NCBI GenBank assembly: GCA_963845755.1
Contig: CAWJTV010000031.1
Location: 299,835 to 363,834 of the forward strand
DNA length: 64,000 nt
Direction: 5' to 3'
Origin: an uncultured Planctomycetota bacterium
Lineage (GTDB): Bacteria > Planctomycetota > Planctomycetia > Isosphaerales > Isosphaeraceae
Positions 32,550 to 44,968 of the stretch are shown here, piece by piece. Within the stretch, counting starts at the first letter, position 1; each line of letters begins with the position of its first letter. The position numbers were made by a program, and so were the translations under genes. The notes beneath the pieces are model-generated. The model did no database searches. It was not told the origin of the DNA and saw only the letters and a list, made by a program, of their open reading frames with translations.

Positions 32550-33944
32550 ATGACATGGATTGATCGCATGGAGCAACGGCTGACACGATGGCGCGGTCGA
32601 GGTCTGGGTGATACGTGGGTGGTCGCGGTCTCCGGGGGCGGGGATAGTGTTGGGCTCTTGCGAGTGTTGCACCAGCTCGCACCGAGGAGAAACTTGCGGC
32701 TATCGGTAGCGCATCTAGACCATGGCGCGCGAGGCGAGGTGTCGCGGACGGATGCCGAGTTCGTGGCCGAGCTAGCCGCGTCGCTCGGGCTTCCCTTCGA
32801 CCTCGGGCAGTGGCGGCCGACGCGCGCCGGCCACTTCGAGTCCGACGCGCGGCATGTCCGCTACCGCTGGCTGGTCGAGATCGCTCGATCTCGCGGCGCG
32901 GCCGCCGTGGCGGTCGGCCATACGCGCGACGACCAGGCCGAAACCATACTCCAGCGCATCGTCCGTGGCACCGGTCTGGTCGGGCTGGCCGGGATCCCGC
33001 GGTGGAGAGTGCTCGCGACCGATCCGGAGATTGCCCTGGTTCGTCCGTTACTGTCTGCCTCCCGAAACGACATCCGAGAGTACCTGGCCGAACTCGGCCA
33101 ACCGTTCCGCGAGGACGAGACGAACGCGGATCTCACCCGTACGCGCGCACGCATCCGTCACGATCTACTGCCGAAGTTAGCGGCCGAATCCAATCCGAGG
33201 ATCGCCGATGCCCTGGTTCGCCTGGGCGAACATGCTGCGGCGGCTCAGCGCGCGATCGAGACCGAGGCGCGCGAGTTGGAACCCGCCGCGATCATCAGCT
33301 TCTCGGAAGACTGCCTCGTGCTCGAGCAGAGCTTCCTGGGATCCGTTCCCGCCTTTCTCCGCACCGAAGTCTTACGTCGGCTCTGGCGCCGCGCCGGATG
33401 GCCCGAGGGAGAGATGTCGGCTCGGCGATGGCGACGGCTCGCGGCGTTGGTCCGAGCCGGGGACATTCCCCGCACCGAGATCGGAGCCGGAGTGAATCTT
33501 GCAACCGATAAGGCCTTCCTGATCCTGTGGCGTTCGCGATCGATTCCCGTTCCCGCACCGAGATTGGCGTGCATCGAGCCGATCTTGCTGGAAGCTCCCG
33601 GCGCCGTTCCAGTCCCGTGGGCTGGCGGTCGGGTTGTGGCGACGTTCGATACCGGCGAATCGGCAGGAGAGTGGATCGACTTCGACCGAGTGGTCCTCCC
33701 CTTGATGATTCGTACGCCGATCCCGGGCGATCGGTTCGAACCGCTGGGTATGAACGGAAGGCACACGTCACTGGCCGACTTCTTTCGAGGCCGGCGTGTG
33801 CCGCGAGACCGACGCACGTCAACTCCATTGGTCTGCGATCGAAACGGCATCATCTGGGTCGTCGGCCATCGGATTGCCGATCGCGTGAAGGTCACCGGAC
33901 AGACTCGGTGCCGGCTGGGATTGAGATGGGAGATGAGGTCGTAG
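32550..33944 (+). CDS. tilS: tRNA(Ile)-lysidine synthetase
   Basis: PP-loop AVSGGGDS, HLDHG, GHTRDDQAET, RIRHDLLP, C-terminal GDRFEP...IIWVVG. Confidence 0.93.
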   Translation: MTWIDRMEQRLTRWRGRGLGDTWVVAVSGGGDSVGLLRVLHQLAPRRNLRLSVAHLDHGARGEVSRTDAEFVAELAASLGLPFDLGQWRPTRAGHFESDARHVRYRWLVEIARSRGAAAVAVGHTRDDQAETILQRIVRGTGLVGLAGIPRWRVLATDPEIALVRPLLSASRNDIREYLAELGQPFREDETNADLTRTRARIRHDLLPKLAAESNPRIADALVRLGEHAAAAQRAIETEARELEPAAIISFSEDCLVLEQSFLGSVPAFLRTEVLRRLWRRAGWPEGEMSARRWRRLAALVRAGDIPRTEIGAGVNLATDKAFLILWRSRSIPVPAPRLACIEPILLEAPGAVPVPWAGGRVVATFDTGESAGEWIDFDRVVLPLMIRTPIPGDRFEPLGMNGRHTSLADFFRGRRVPRDRRTSTPLVCDRNGIIWVVGHRIADRVKVTGQTRCRLGLRWEMRS

Positions 33945-34102
33945 AATCGAACCCTCGCGGAAGCATTGCTCGGTGTCTGGCCAACCTCGTATAATCTATG
34001 ACAGGAATAGGGGAATCAGGCGACCTGATCGCCGGAGGGATTGAGGAGGATCGACCGCACGACGACGACTGCACAACGGGCTCTCGGGCCCCGGGGTCTG
34101 CG

Positions 34103-34687
34103 ATGCAGAAGGACAGATTTCCGGAAGGCGCCGACCTGGAGCGTTATCGGAATTACTTGCGACTCCTGGCCCGGGTGCAACTGGGCGCCCGTCCTAATGG
34201 CAAGCTCGATCCGTCGGACCTCGTTCAACAGACGCTCCTGGAGGCTTATCAGAAGCGCCAGCAATTCCGGGGTAACGGTGACGCGGAGCGAGTGGCGTGG
34301 CTGCGGGCCATCCTCGCCGGCAACGTCATGGATGCTCTGCGAGCCCAGGGTCGGCTCAAACGGGACGTAAGCCGGGAGCGATCCCTGGAGCAGGAATTGG
34401 CGGCGTCGTCGGTCCGGATCGGGAGCTGGCTGGCCGCCGGAGGGCCGACCCCCAGCGAACACGCCCAGCGCCACGAGCAGGCCATCCGCCTCGCCGACGC
34501 TCTATCACGCCTCCCGAGCGATCAGCGAGAGGCGCTGGTCCTCCATTACTGGCAGGGCTGTTCCTTGACCGAAGTCGGCGCTCATCTCGATCGGACGGTC
34601 AGCGCCGTTGCCGGACTCCTCAAGCGGGGTCTCAAGCACCTTCGCGAGCAACTCGAAGCTCACGAAGGAGAGAGGAAGGGATCATGA
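34103..34687 (+). CDS. ECF sigma-70 factor, planctomycete type (start uncertain)
   Basis: YRNYLRLLAR, DPSDLVQQT, KRDVSRE, region 4 helix; ATGA overlap with kinase. Confidence 0.9.
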   Translation: MQKDRFPEGADLERYRNYLRLLARVQLGARPNGKLDPSDLVQQTLLEAYQKRQQFRGNGDAERVAWLRAILAGNVMDALRAQGRLKRDVSRERSLEQELAASSVRIGSWLAAGGPTPSEHAQRHEQAIRLADALSRLPSDQREALVLHYWQGCSLTEVGAHLDRTVSAVAGLLKRGLKHLREQLEAHEGERKGS

Positions 34688-37600
34688 CCGGGCCCGTCTC
34701 CCGGCCGGATCCGGCTGGGACCGAACGAGAGCGGCGGCTGGATTCGGCCATCGCAGAGTATCTTCAGGCCGCCGAAACGGGCCGGTCGCCCGACCGTCGG
34801 AAGTTCCTCGCGCGGCATCGCGATCTTGCGAACGATCTGCTCTCGTTCTTCGCCGACGAAGACCGAGTCCGCAATCTGGCCGGACCGATGCTGCGCTGCG
34901 GAAACGACGTCCTTGGCCGCCCGCCGGACGGCTCGTTTCTCCACGCCGATCCGGATAGTGACCTTCAGGTTGGCGGCGAGCTCGGCGACTATGAGCTCCT
35001 GGAGGAGATCGCCAGCGGAGGGATGGGAGTCGTCTTCAAAGCCAGGCAGAAGAGCCTCAACCGGGTCGTGGCGCTGAAGACGATTCGACCGACGGCCCTG
35101 AGGCCGGGTGACTCTGCCATACAGCGTTTCCGCATCGAAGCGGAGGCGGTTGCCCGCCTGGACCACCCCAACATCGTGCCGATCTTCGAGATGGGCGAGC
35201 TCGCCGGCTATCCGTTCCTGAGTCTGAAATTGATCGAAGGCGGCGACCTCGAGCAGCATATTTCCCGGTTCAAGGCCGACCCGAGGGCCACCGCCGTTCT
35301 GATGGCCCAGGTCGCCCGCGCCGTCCACTACGCACACCTCCGCGGGATCCTCCATCGCGACCTGAAACCGTCGAATATCCTGGTCAACCGACGCGGCCAG
35401 CCTTATGTCACGGATTTCGGCCTGGCCCGATGCCTCGAGAGCGACAGTGACCTGACACACACCGGGCTGATCCTGGGCACGCCTTCCTACATGGCTCCCG
35501 AGCAAGTCTCCGGTCCTCGAAACGAAGTGACGATGGCCGCCGATGTGTATGGCCTGGGCGCCGTGCTCTATACGCTCATCTCCGGCCGACCGCCCTTCCA
35601 GGCCGATACGGTCTACGAGACGCTCCACCATGTCCGAGAGAAGGAGCCGGTGCCTCCCGGCATGAGCGACAAGGCGGTGAATCGCGACCTGGAGGCCATC
35701 TGCCTGAAGTGCCTGGAGAAAGATCCCGCGCGGCGGTATGCGACATCCGAGTTACTGGCCCTGGACCTGGAGCACTGGGTGGAGGGCGGGCCGATCGCCG
35801 CGCGTCCGGCCGGGTCCGTGGAACGGGCCTGGCGATGGTATCGTCGCAACCGGCTGGTCGCCCGGCTCTGGGCGGGCGTCGCGGCGCTGTTCCTGGCCGT
35901 CCCGATCATGACCGTCCTCCTGTTTCTCCGCCAGCGCGGGCTGGCCGATGAGGCGTTCTCGGCCGCTCAAAAGGAGCGAGGAGCCCGGTTGCTGGCCGAC
36001 GCACGCGCCGAGGACATCCGCTGGCGGCTGGTCCGGATGAATGTCGCCAACGGCGTACGCCTCATGGAACAGGGGGATACCACAGGCGCCCTGCCTTGGT
36101 TTGCCGAGGCGCTGATCTTCGACCGCGACGATCCGGCAGCCGCATCGACGCACCGGTTGCGACTCGGGACGCTCTTGAATCAGTGTCCGGGCCTCGACGG
36201 ACTTTTCGCCCACACACGACCAATCTTATGGGCAACGCTCGACCCAGTCGGGCATCGCCTCGCGACAGCCTCGGCCGACGGCACTGCCCGCGTCTGGGAC
36301 CTCGATAGCGGGGAAACCATCGCGGTCCTACCCCACGACGGTCCGGTGAATCGTGTCGAGTTCCGTAGCGACGGCTCCCGGCTGGTCACGGCCTCTGATG
36401 ATGGGACGGTTCGGATCTGGGACCTCGAGGCGGGTCAGTCCGGCCTAGCCCTGCGGCTGGAGCATGGTTCGCCCGTGCGCATCGCTCTGCTTCATCCCGA
36501 TGGCCGCCGGGTCGTCTCGGGCGGCGTGGATGGGACGATCCGTGTCTGGAATGCCCACGACGGTGCGCCACTGGGCCCGCCACACCGGCTCGGCTCGAGC
36601 CTATTGGACCTCGTCCTCAGCCCCGACGGAACGCGGATGGCCACCGGGACCGCTGCCGGTCAGGCCGGGATCTGGCGGCTGGAGGGCGATCACCTTGTGG
36701 GACTGGCCCTGCTTCCGCACCGAGGCGCCGTCCGCCACGTTGCTTTCAGCCCCGACGGAATGCGGTTAGCCACCGCCAGCCACGATGGCACGGCGCGTCT
36801 CTGGGATGGCCGGACCGGAGTCTCGCTCACCCCCCCTCTGACCCACGCACCAAACCGCCGGGTTTCCCATGTGGAATTCAGTCCGGACGGCACGCGGCTG
36901 GTCACGGCCAGCGACGACGGGACTGCGCGGTCTGGGACGCGCAGACGGGGAGGGGCCTCGGATCCGAGGATGTGGCCATGAGTCACTCGATCGGGGTCGG
37001 CGAGGCGTCATTTAGCCCCGACGGAGCACGGGTCGTCACGGCCGGTCTCGACGGGACGGCACGGATCTGGGATGCCGCCACCGCCGAGCCGCTCTCGCCT
37101 CCGTTCTATCATGGCGGCAGCCTGACACGGGCGCGGTTCACCACGGATGGCTATCAGGTCCTGACCGTTGGAACCGATTCGACAGTGCGGCTCTGGAACG
37201 TGACGGACATCGGTGGCTCGGCCGTCGCGGTGGAGGACGCCGGTGGCATCCATCATGCGGCGTTCGACCCCAAGGGCCGCCGATTTGCCACCGCCGGTGC
37301 AAACGGGATGGCGCGAGTCTGGGACGCCGCGACCGGCGAGGCGATCACGCCACCGCTCGATCATCGTCGATCCGTGACCCGGGTCGCCTTCACCCCTGAC
37401 GGGCGACGGATCGCCACGGCGTCCGACGACGGGACGGCGCGGGTCTGGGACTCAGCCAGCGGACGGCCCGTCACCTACTTCTTGCCCCACGACGGCCCTG
37501 TCCGCAATTTGTGTTTCAGTCCGGACGGCTCACGGCTGGCGACGGCTTCGGCCGACGGCCAGGCCCGGTTCTGGGATGTCGCCACAGGACGGACCGTATT

Positions 37601-39757
37601 TCCACCACTGGAACACAATGCCGACGTGCTCGACCTGGCCTTCAGCGCCGACGGCCAATGGCTAGCGACCGCCTGCACCGACGGGACGGCGCGGGTCTGG
37701 GACGTCACCAACGGCCAGCTGGCCTTGGCTCCCTTGGAGACTGGTGCCTCGGTCAGTTGCGTCGCTTTCCGGCCCGATGGCCGCATCCTCCTCACCGCGT
37801 GCGCCGACCTGAGTTTCGCGGAACTCCAGGCTCAGCAGTGGGATTTGAGCACCGGCCGCCCGATCGGCCCGCCGCTACGGCATGGCGACGGGGTCCTGTG
37901 GGCGGCCTACAGTCACGACGGCCGACGGATCGCCACAGCCAGCGAAGACCGCACCGCGCGCGTCTGGGATGCCGCGACGGGTGAGCCGCTCACGCGGCCC
38001 TTGACCCATCAGCACCAGGTGCTGATGGCGGCCTTCAGCCCCGACGGTCGACGACTGGCGACGGCGAGCCTCGACGGGACGGCGCGGGTCTGGGACGCCA
38101 TGACGGGCGAGCCACTGTCGCCTCCGCTGATCCATCGCGACCGGACCCAGGTCGGCTCGGTCGCGTTCCAACCCGACGGCCGGGGCCTCCTGACCGCGGG
38201 CATGGACGGAACGGCCCGGATCTGGTCCCTCCCCCGGGACGATCGCTCATCGGACATCCTGGTCCTTCAAGCGCAGGTCCTGGCCGGACGGCGGATCGAT
38301 CAGACGGGCGGCGAGGTCCCGCTCGAGCCCGTCAAGTTGTCGCAGGCCTGGGTTCGACTCCGGGCCATCGAGAGCGACAGCCAAACGGACTCGGCGCGCA
38401 CCCGGTCGCGATCGAGAATTGCCTGGCATCGGCGCGAGGCGCGCCGGCTGGAGTTGAGCCGCCAGGGGAAGGCGGCTGCCTGGCATCTCAACCGCCTCGA
38501 GGATCTGGAATCCGGAGACACGTCGCTGGCCGCTCGCCTCGTCGCCGCCTATGAGATGTCGGCGGACTGGGATCGGCTCGAGGCCGCGGCATCCCGGGCC
38601 ATCGCCGCCGGCACGCGCGACATCGAGGTCTGGGTGCGTCGGGGCTGGGCCCGGATTCACCTCGGCCGCCCCGACGACGCTGTCAACGACTTTCGCCAGG
38701 CACTGGAACGAGAACCCGACTCGGTCGGCGTCAAGCTTGGATTATTCCTGGGCCTGGCCGGACGGGGTAGCCTGGTCGAGGCCGATGCACTCTGGTCCTC
38801 GGTGATGACTGATCGGGACGAGACGCGCGTGGATCGGAGGAACGCGATCGCCGTGCACCTCGAACTCCTCACAAAGCTCAGACCGGAAGCTTGGTGGTTC
38901 TGGCGCGTGCGCGCGCACTTCCGAATGCGAACGGGCCACCCGGACCAGTCCGAAGCCGACTATGATCGGGCGATCGCAGTCAGGCGGGTTGATGGGTGGA
39001 GTTGGCTGGGTCGCGGGCTGGCTGCAAGCAACTCGGCCGGATTGACGACGCTCTTGCGGATTTCGCGCGGAGCGCCATCCTGGCTCCGCGCGTCGCGTCG
39101 GCCTGGGGCACGCAAGGTGAGATCCACGGTGATCGCGGCCGGTGGGACGAAGCCGCGCGTGCGTTTGCGCGATGGGCCGAACTGGGGGGTGATCCCATGG
39201 CTATGTGTTGGTACTTCCATGCCGCGCTCCGGCTCTACGCCCGCGATCCCGACGGTTATCGGCGTGCATGCCTCGCCATGTGGGAACGCTTCAGCAAGAC
39301 GCGCGACCCTTCCACCGCCACCATCGTGGCCCGTGCCTGCGTGCTGGGGGCAGACGCCGGCATCCCTCCCGAGCAGGTCCTCGAACTCGCTCGACAAGGC
39401 GCCCGTGGTAATCCCCGGGGCGGCTGGCCGTTGTCCACCTTAGGGGCCGCGCTGCGCCGCGCCGGGAACTTCGAGGATGCCTTGGCCCAGCTCGATGAGG
39501 CGAGCCTGATCGACCCCGGCTGGCCGGGAACCCCGATGAACGCCGCACTGCGCGAGTTGGCTCATCCCCTTCGGACGCTCGATAAATCTCTTCATCCCCA
39601 GGCCACAAAGGCCCCGAAGGCAGAGATGGATCGCCTCGTCGACCTCTCGAAGATCCAGGATCAGATGGCACGCGAGAAGGCCCCGTGGCATCTCCAACTC
39701 GAAGCGGCCCTCCTCGCCCGCGAACTGGACGCGATCCGCTCCACCAGGCAACCATAG
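34684..39757 (+). CDS. Ser/Thr protein kinase with TM, WD40 and TPR repeats (frameshifts ~36930, ~39025)
   Basis: GGMGVV, VALK, HRDLKPSN, DFG, GTPSYMAPE; many ATAS.DGTARVWD repeats; C-terminal TPR-like helices. Confidence 0.9.
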
Positions 39758-40132
39758 ATCGACCTGGATTCGCTGGGATCAACTGCGTGATCACTCACAA
39801 CCACACAAAAATGGACGCTCGCGACTGTGAACCGCTCATCTTGAGCAAGATTCGGACCCGTCAGCCGAATACCTCCAAGTGCCCCCCGAAGGGGCACTGC
39901 GAGTATAAGACTCGACTTTATCGGGCGGATCCGTGTCCTCCAAGGATCCCGGAGGAGTAGAATTGCATCAGGCAGACCACCGTTCCGGAATCTCGAATCT
40001 GTCTACTTCGGAGATGCGTGGTTTCCTTCCAATCTCCGTCAAGCGTTGTATGATGAAGTCCGAACGGCTCCCGGGTTGAACGCGCGTCCCACCCACTTGA
40101 AGCCGACAGGTTCAACCCATGAGGTACACACG

Positions 40133-40636
40133 ATGAAACCGCATCTCACGCGATCGTTGGTCGTGACCGCGTCTCTGGCGCTGGCGATTGCAGGCTGTAC
40201 TGGCGAGCAAGTCGAGTCGGGCGCCGACGCGACAGCACGTGGCATGGACAAGGCCGGTAACGCCATCGAGTCGGCGGGGAAAGCGACCGGCGCGAAGCTG
40301 GAGGATCTCGGCAAAGGTACGAAAGTCGAGAAGGCAACCGACGCGACTGGTCATATACTGGAGAAGGGGGGCACGAAGACGAATGAACTCCTTGACAAAG
40401 GGGGCGAAGGCGTCAAGGCTCTGGGCGTGAAGGCGGGGAAGGCGGTCAACACGGCGAACGAGAAGCTGAAGGAAACGGGCGAGAAGATCGGACCGAAGAT
40501 CAAGGAGCTCGAGAAGTCCGCCGGCGAGAAGATCAAGGCAGGGGCCAAGGCCATCAAGGATGAGGCCAAGGACTTGAAGGACAAGGCGAGTAAGGCGTTG
40601 GAAAAGAAGACTGAGACGCCTCCGAATAGCAACTGA
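40133..40636 (+). CDS. Lys/Glu/Gly-rich lipoprotein
   Basis: GAGG RBS; lipobox IAGC; low-complexity amphipathic repeats. Confidence 0.75.
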   Translation: MKPHLTRSLVVTASLALAIAGCTGEQVESGADATARGMDKAGNAIESAGKATGAKLEDLGKGTKVEKATDATGHILEKGGTKTNELLDKGGEGVKALGVKAGKAVNTANEKLKETGEKIGPKIKELEKSAGEKIKAGAKAIKDEAKDLKDKASKALEKKTETPPNSN

Positions 40637-41012
40637 ACACACGCCTTGCGGAAGCTGCCGCACCCCGTGATCGTTGGGTGCGGCAAGGATCGTGGGATCG
40701 GTCGAGCACTCGTCACTGGCTTCGGAGTCGCCTCGATTCGATCCCAACGCCCGGCAACCCTTGACGCCAGGGGATGGGAACCCCGATGATTGCTCAATGG
40801 GGCGACTGTCCCCTGATTGGATCGAAACGGCCGTTCTGGTCCATCGATGGACGTGCCGGCCGCGGTCGCAACATTCCCGGTATGTCCGACCAGCAGCGTA
40901 CTCACTGGTCTCCGAACGATATCGGAGATAGACTGTGACCACGAGAGTGGGCGAGTCGAGGGTGAAGGCACGTCCTGAGACGTCGGTTGGCCACGAGTCG
41001 CGGAGACGGGCG

Positions 41013-42272
41013 ATGGACCGAGCTGGAGCCGAAGCTTCGGGCGGGCTGTTTTGCCCGGATTGCGCGACGGACCTCCCGGCGTTTCGGGAGGACGTCGATT
41101 CGCCCGAGGAGAGGCGATGCCCTCGATGTGGGATTGTGGTGCGATTCGGCGGAGACGGCGAGGGGAATGGCCGGACTGGTGAGGAGTGCCGAAACCTGGC
41201 CGCTTTGGCCCAGGCGCCGCCACTGGGTGGATTGCGTCTCCTCTGGCGCCACTGGGTCTTGCGGCTGATCGATAATCTTTACTGGGTCGTGACGTTCACG
41301 GGCACGACAGCCTTGCTGCTTTGTGGCGGCGTCATCCCCGTGGTCCGCGCCTGGCTGCGCAATCGAGGTCGACGACTGGGCGGGGATCGTCGCCACGCTG
41401 GGCGGCGTTTGGTTTCGGGTGGTGACGCAGAATCCGGACAGCGACCTTGGTCCCGTGCTGGCCCGCGTTGAACGCGCCCTTGTTGTTCTCGACGATCGAT
41501 GCCGTGGGCCGGCGACTGGGGGTCAAGCCGCCTGGCCAGGTTCGGCTGACCTATCTGCCGTGTTGTGGGGTCGTGGCCTGGGGTGGGTCGCGAGCTTTGA
41601 TCATCGGACTGCCGTTGTTTCGCGTGCTGACGCAGGGCGAGCTGCGCGCGATCGTCGCCCACGAGCTGGCGCACCTGGCGAGGGGGGACGCAACGCGCGC
41701 GGCGCGCTCGGCACGATTCGTCGAGGCGCTGGAGCAGGCCCTGGAGCGGAGCGGCCCGCGTGTGCGCGGTCTGCTCGGCGCCTGGGCACGGTTCTGTCTG
41801 CACGAGGCATCCTGGCTGATCGAGCCCGTGGCGCGATCCCAGGAGGCGCGTGCCGACCGACTCGCTGCGGCGATCGCGGGTGGCAGCGCCGCATCGTCTG
41901 CACTGGTCAAGGTCGCCGTCGTCCAGCCTTTATTCCGAGAGCTCCTTGAGGCCTATGACCCGAATGATGCGGGCGCCGTGAACCTTTACGCCTTCTTCCG
42001 CGCGTTCTGGTTCCGGCTCCCCTCCGATGTTCATACCGCCATGCGGCTCAGCGTGCTGACTCGCCGCTATCAGACGTTGGACCGCGCATCCACCCCTCCC
42101 CGACCGGATCGCCGCGCTCCAATCCTACCCGGACCCCGTCAGCCTCAACGGCGACACGCACCCGGCCACCACCTTCCTCGGCGACCCGGAAATCTTCGAG
42201 CAGATGCTCCACAACCGGCTCTTCGGGCTCCTGGGGGTGGAGCCCAGCGTTTTCCATCGGGCCGGAACCTGA
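41013..42272 (+). CDS. M48 family metallopeptidase with N-terminal zinc ribbon (several frameshifts)
   Basis: CPDC...CPRC; ELRAIVAHELAH; QEARADRLA; HPPLPDRI in downstream frame. Confidence 0.78.
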
Positions 42273-42385
42273 CCCCGCGCCTCTCAGCGATGCGGCGTTG
42301 AATCCGGAATCGTCCTCGATCGCTACCAGCTTTCCCGGACTACCCCGACGACCCCATCAATAACGTATGACCAAAACCAGCGGCC

Positions 42386-42414
42386 TTGCTCCCGGACTCG
42401 GGGTGCTCTAAGAT
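42386..42414 (+). promoter_or_regulatory. Putative sigma-70 promoter upstream of clpX
   Basis: TTGCTC-17 bp-TAAGAT. Confidence 0.4.
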
Positions 42415-42821
42415 AGAGGGAAACTGGGAGGTGGGGGCGAGTCGGGAGCCGGCCCCGCACCGTGAGACCAGGAGGTCGAGACCTCCGAGCAGAACGTCCG
42501 GGCCTTACCGGAGATAGCAGTTGTTGGGACTCCCGTTTTTCACCGTCTTCGGGATCTCTTTTCCTTCCGCTCCCGCGTGAGTCATAATGTGTCGGCCGGT
42601 GGCAGGCCGCACAATCTTTCCGCAGGGATTCGGGACGGAGGGTCGTTTTCACTCTCAGGGTTGCGGCGAAACGGACCGGCCCCTCCTGGTCCGGGTAACC
42701 TGTTGCAATTTCCCGAACGGACGCGGTGATTCTCGACGAGCAGAAGCGTTCCCAGATCGGACCGGCGGAGAAGGGTCGGCATTCGAGCGACGATCCCCTC
42801 AGAGGGATGAAAGGGTAAAGC

Positions 42822-44202
42822 ATGCCTTCAGGTAAGGACATCACGGGCGGCGGCTCAGCGGGTGGCGGAAAACGGAACGGCGGTGGGAACATGAACTCCG
42901 GAAGCACCGGCGGCGCGAAGAAGAATGCCTACTGCTCGTTTTGCCGCAAGAGTTACCGAGACGTTGGCCCGCTGGTGGAAGGCCCCGGCGACGTTTATAT
43001 CTGCGGCGACTGCATCGAGTTGTGCCAGTCGATCCTCGACCAGGAACGGCGGCGGCGGGGGGTGCCCAAAACCCTCTTCACCGACATCCCGACCCCGCGT
43101 GAAATCAAGGAACAGCTCGACGCCTACGTGATCGGCCAGGAGCGCGCCAAAAAAGTGCTTTCCGTCGCCGTTCACAACCATTACAAGCGACTCGTACACG
43201 GCGAGGAGCCCGATGCCGAGGTCGAGCTCGACAAGTCGAATATCCTCCTGATCGGGCCCACCGGTTGCGGCAAGACCCTGCTGGCGCGTACCCTGGCTCG
43301 CGTGCTCAACGTCCCCTTCGCGATCGGTGACGCAACGACTTTGACTGAGGCGGGATACGTCGGTGAAGACGTCGAGAACATCCTGCTCAAGTTGCTCCAC
43401 GCCGCCGATTTTGATCTCGAAGCCGCCCAGCGGGGAATCGTCTATATCGACGAGATCGACAAGATCGGCAAGACCACCCACAATGTTTCCATCACGCGCG
43501 ACGTCTCGGGTGAAGGCGTTCAGCAGGCCCTCTTGAAGATGCTCGAGGGCACGGTGGCCAATGTGCCGCCCCAGGGCGGGCGTAAACATCCCGAGCAACA
43601 ATATATTCAGATGGACACTAGCAATATTCTGTTCATCTGCGGCGGAACGTTCGTCGGCCTGGAACACATCATCGCCCGCCGCGTGGGCCGTAAGACCATT
43701 GGGTTCGGCAGCCAATCCCAGATCGAGCAGCACAACGAACAGCTCGGAGAATTACTCAATAAGGTGACCTCCGACGATCTGCTCGAATTCGGGATGATCC
43801 CGGAGTTCATCGGTCGACTCCCCGTGATCTGCCCGCTGATGCCCCTGGACGTCGAGGCCTTGGTCCGAATCATGACCGAACCGCGAAATGCGCTGGTCAA
43901 GCAGTATCGACGGTTCTTCGAGATGGAAGGCACCGACGTCGAGTTCACCCAGGAATCCCTCCACGAAATCGCCAAGATGGCCAAGGCGAAGGATACCGGC
44001 GCGGGGCCTCCGCTCGATTGTCGAAGACATCATGCTCGACATCATGTTTGAGCTGCCGGATCGCGCCACCAAGGACAAGGGGAAGTTCCTGGTGACGGCG
44101 GAGGTGGTTCGCAAAGAAACGAGCCTCTTCGACAGTCCCGCTGTGCCGTCGAGCCCCTCGGCCAAGGCGGCCGAGCGCGAGCGGAAGAAGGAAAGTGCCT
44201 GA
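42822..44202 (+). CDS. clpX: ATP-dependent Clp protease ATP-binding subunit (frameshift ~44003)
   Basis: CSFC...CGDC zinc finger, [32 protein letters not shown] loop, sensor II GARGLR across the shift. Confidence 0.96.
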
Positions 44203-44257
44203 GACGTCCGCTCGCCGGGTCTGATCGGTCGCATCAAACTCCTCTCAGGTGTGGCCC

Positions 44258-44968
44258 ATGAGCACAGCCGAACGTACGCGCCCGCCCAAGGCTCTCCCGC
44301 CGCTGGCGGCCGGCCAGCACGTCAACCAGCCCACGTTCCATGAGCGCGATGAGGGGATGCCACCGGAGACCCGGGCCGAGCTCGTCGGTGGAGTTGTGTA
44401 CATGCCATCGCCAATGCGCCAGGATCATGGAACGACCAGCCGGATCGTCGCCGGTTGGTTGCTGCATTATCAATGGAAGACCCCTGGACTCGCCGGTGAG
44501 GATGGCGCCACGGTCAAGCTGGATGCCCGGGGCGAGCCGCAACCGGACCATCAACTCCGCATCCGGGCCGAGTTGCGAGGGCAGACTCGGGTGGACGCGG
44601 AAGGCTACGTCGCCGGTGCGCCGGAGTTGATCGCCGAAGTGGCCCGCTCGAGCCGCTATTACGACTTGAATGAAAAGAAAGCCGACTACGAACGGGCGGG
44701 GGTCCGCGAATACCTGGTCATCGAGTTGGACCCGAACCGGATCCACTGGTTCATCCGCCGGGGTAAGCAATTCCAGCGGTTGCGGCCCCGCCCTGATAGA
44801 ATCTACCGCTCGAAAGTCTTCCCGGGCTTGTGGCTCGACCCTGAGGCACTCTATGCCGAAGACCTGGATCGGCTGATCGAGGATCTGGAGCAGGGCCTGG
44901 CGACGCCCGAGCACGCGGAGTTCGTAGCGAAACTGGCCCGTGCCCGTCCGAGGAGGAAACGATCATGA
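44258..44968 (+). CDS. Uma2 family PD-(D/E)xK endonuclease, copy 1
   Basis: AELVGGVVYMPSP, QPD, PELIAEVA, YERAGVREY, FPGLWLD. Confidence 0.88.
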   Translation: MSTAERTRPPKALPPLAAGQHVNQPTFHERDEGMPPETRAELVGGVVYMPSPMRQDHGTTSRIVAGWLLHYQWKTPGLAGEDGATVKLDARGEPQPDHQLRIRAELRGQTRVDAEGYVAGAPELIAEVARSSRYYDLNEKKADYERAGVREYLVIELDPNRIHWFIRRGKQFQRLRPRPDRIYRSKVFPGLWLDPEALYAEDLDRLIEDLEQGLATPEHAEFVAKLARARPRRKRS

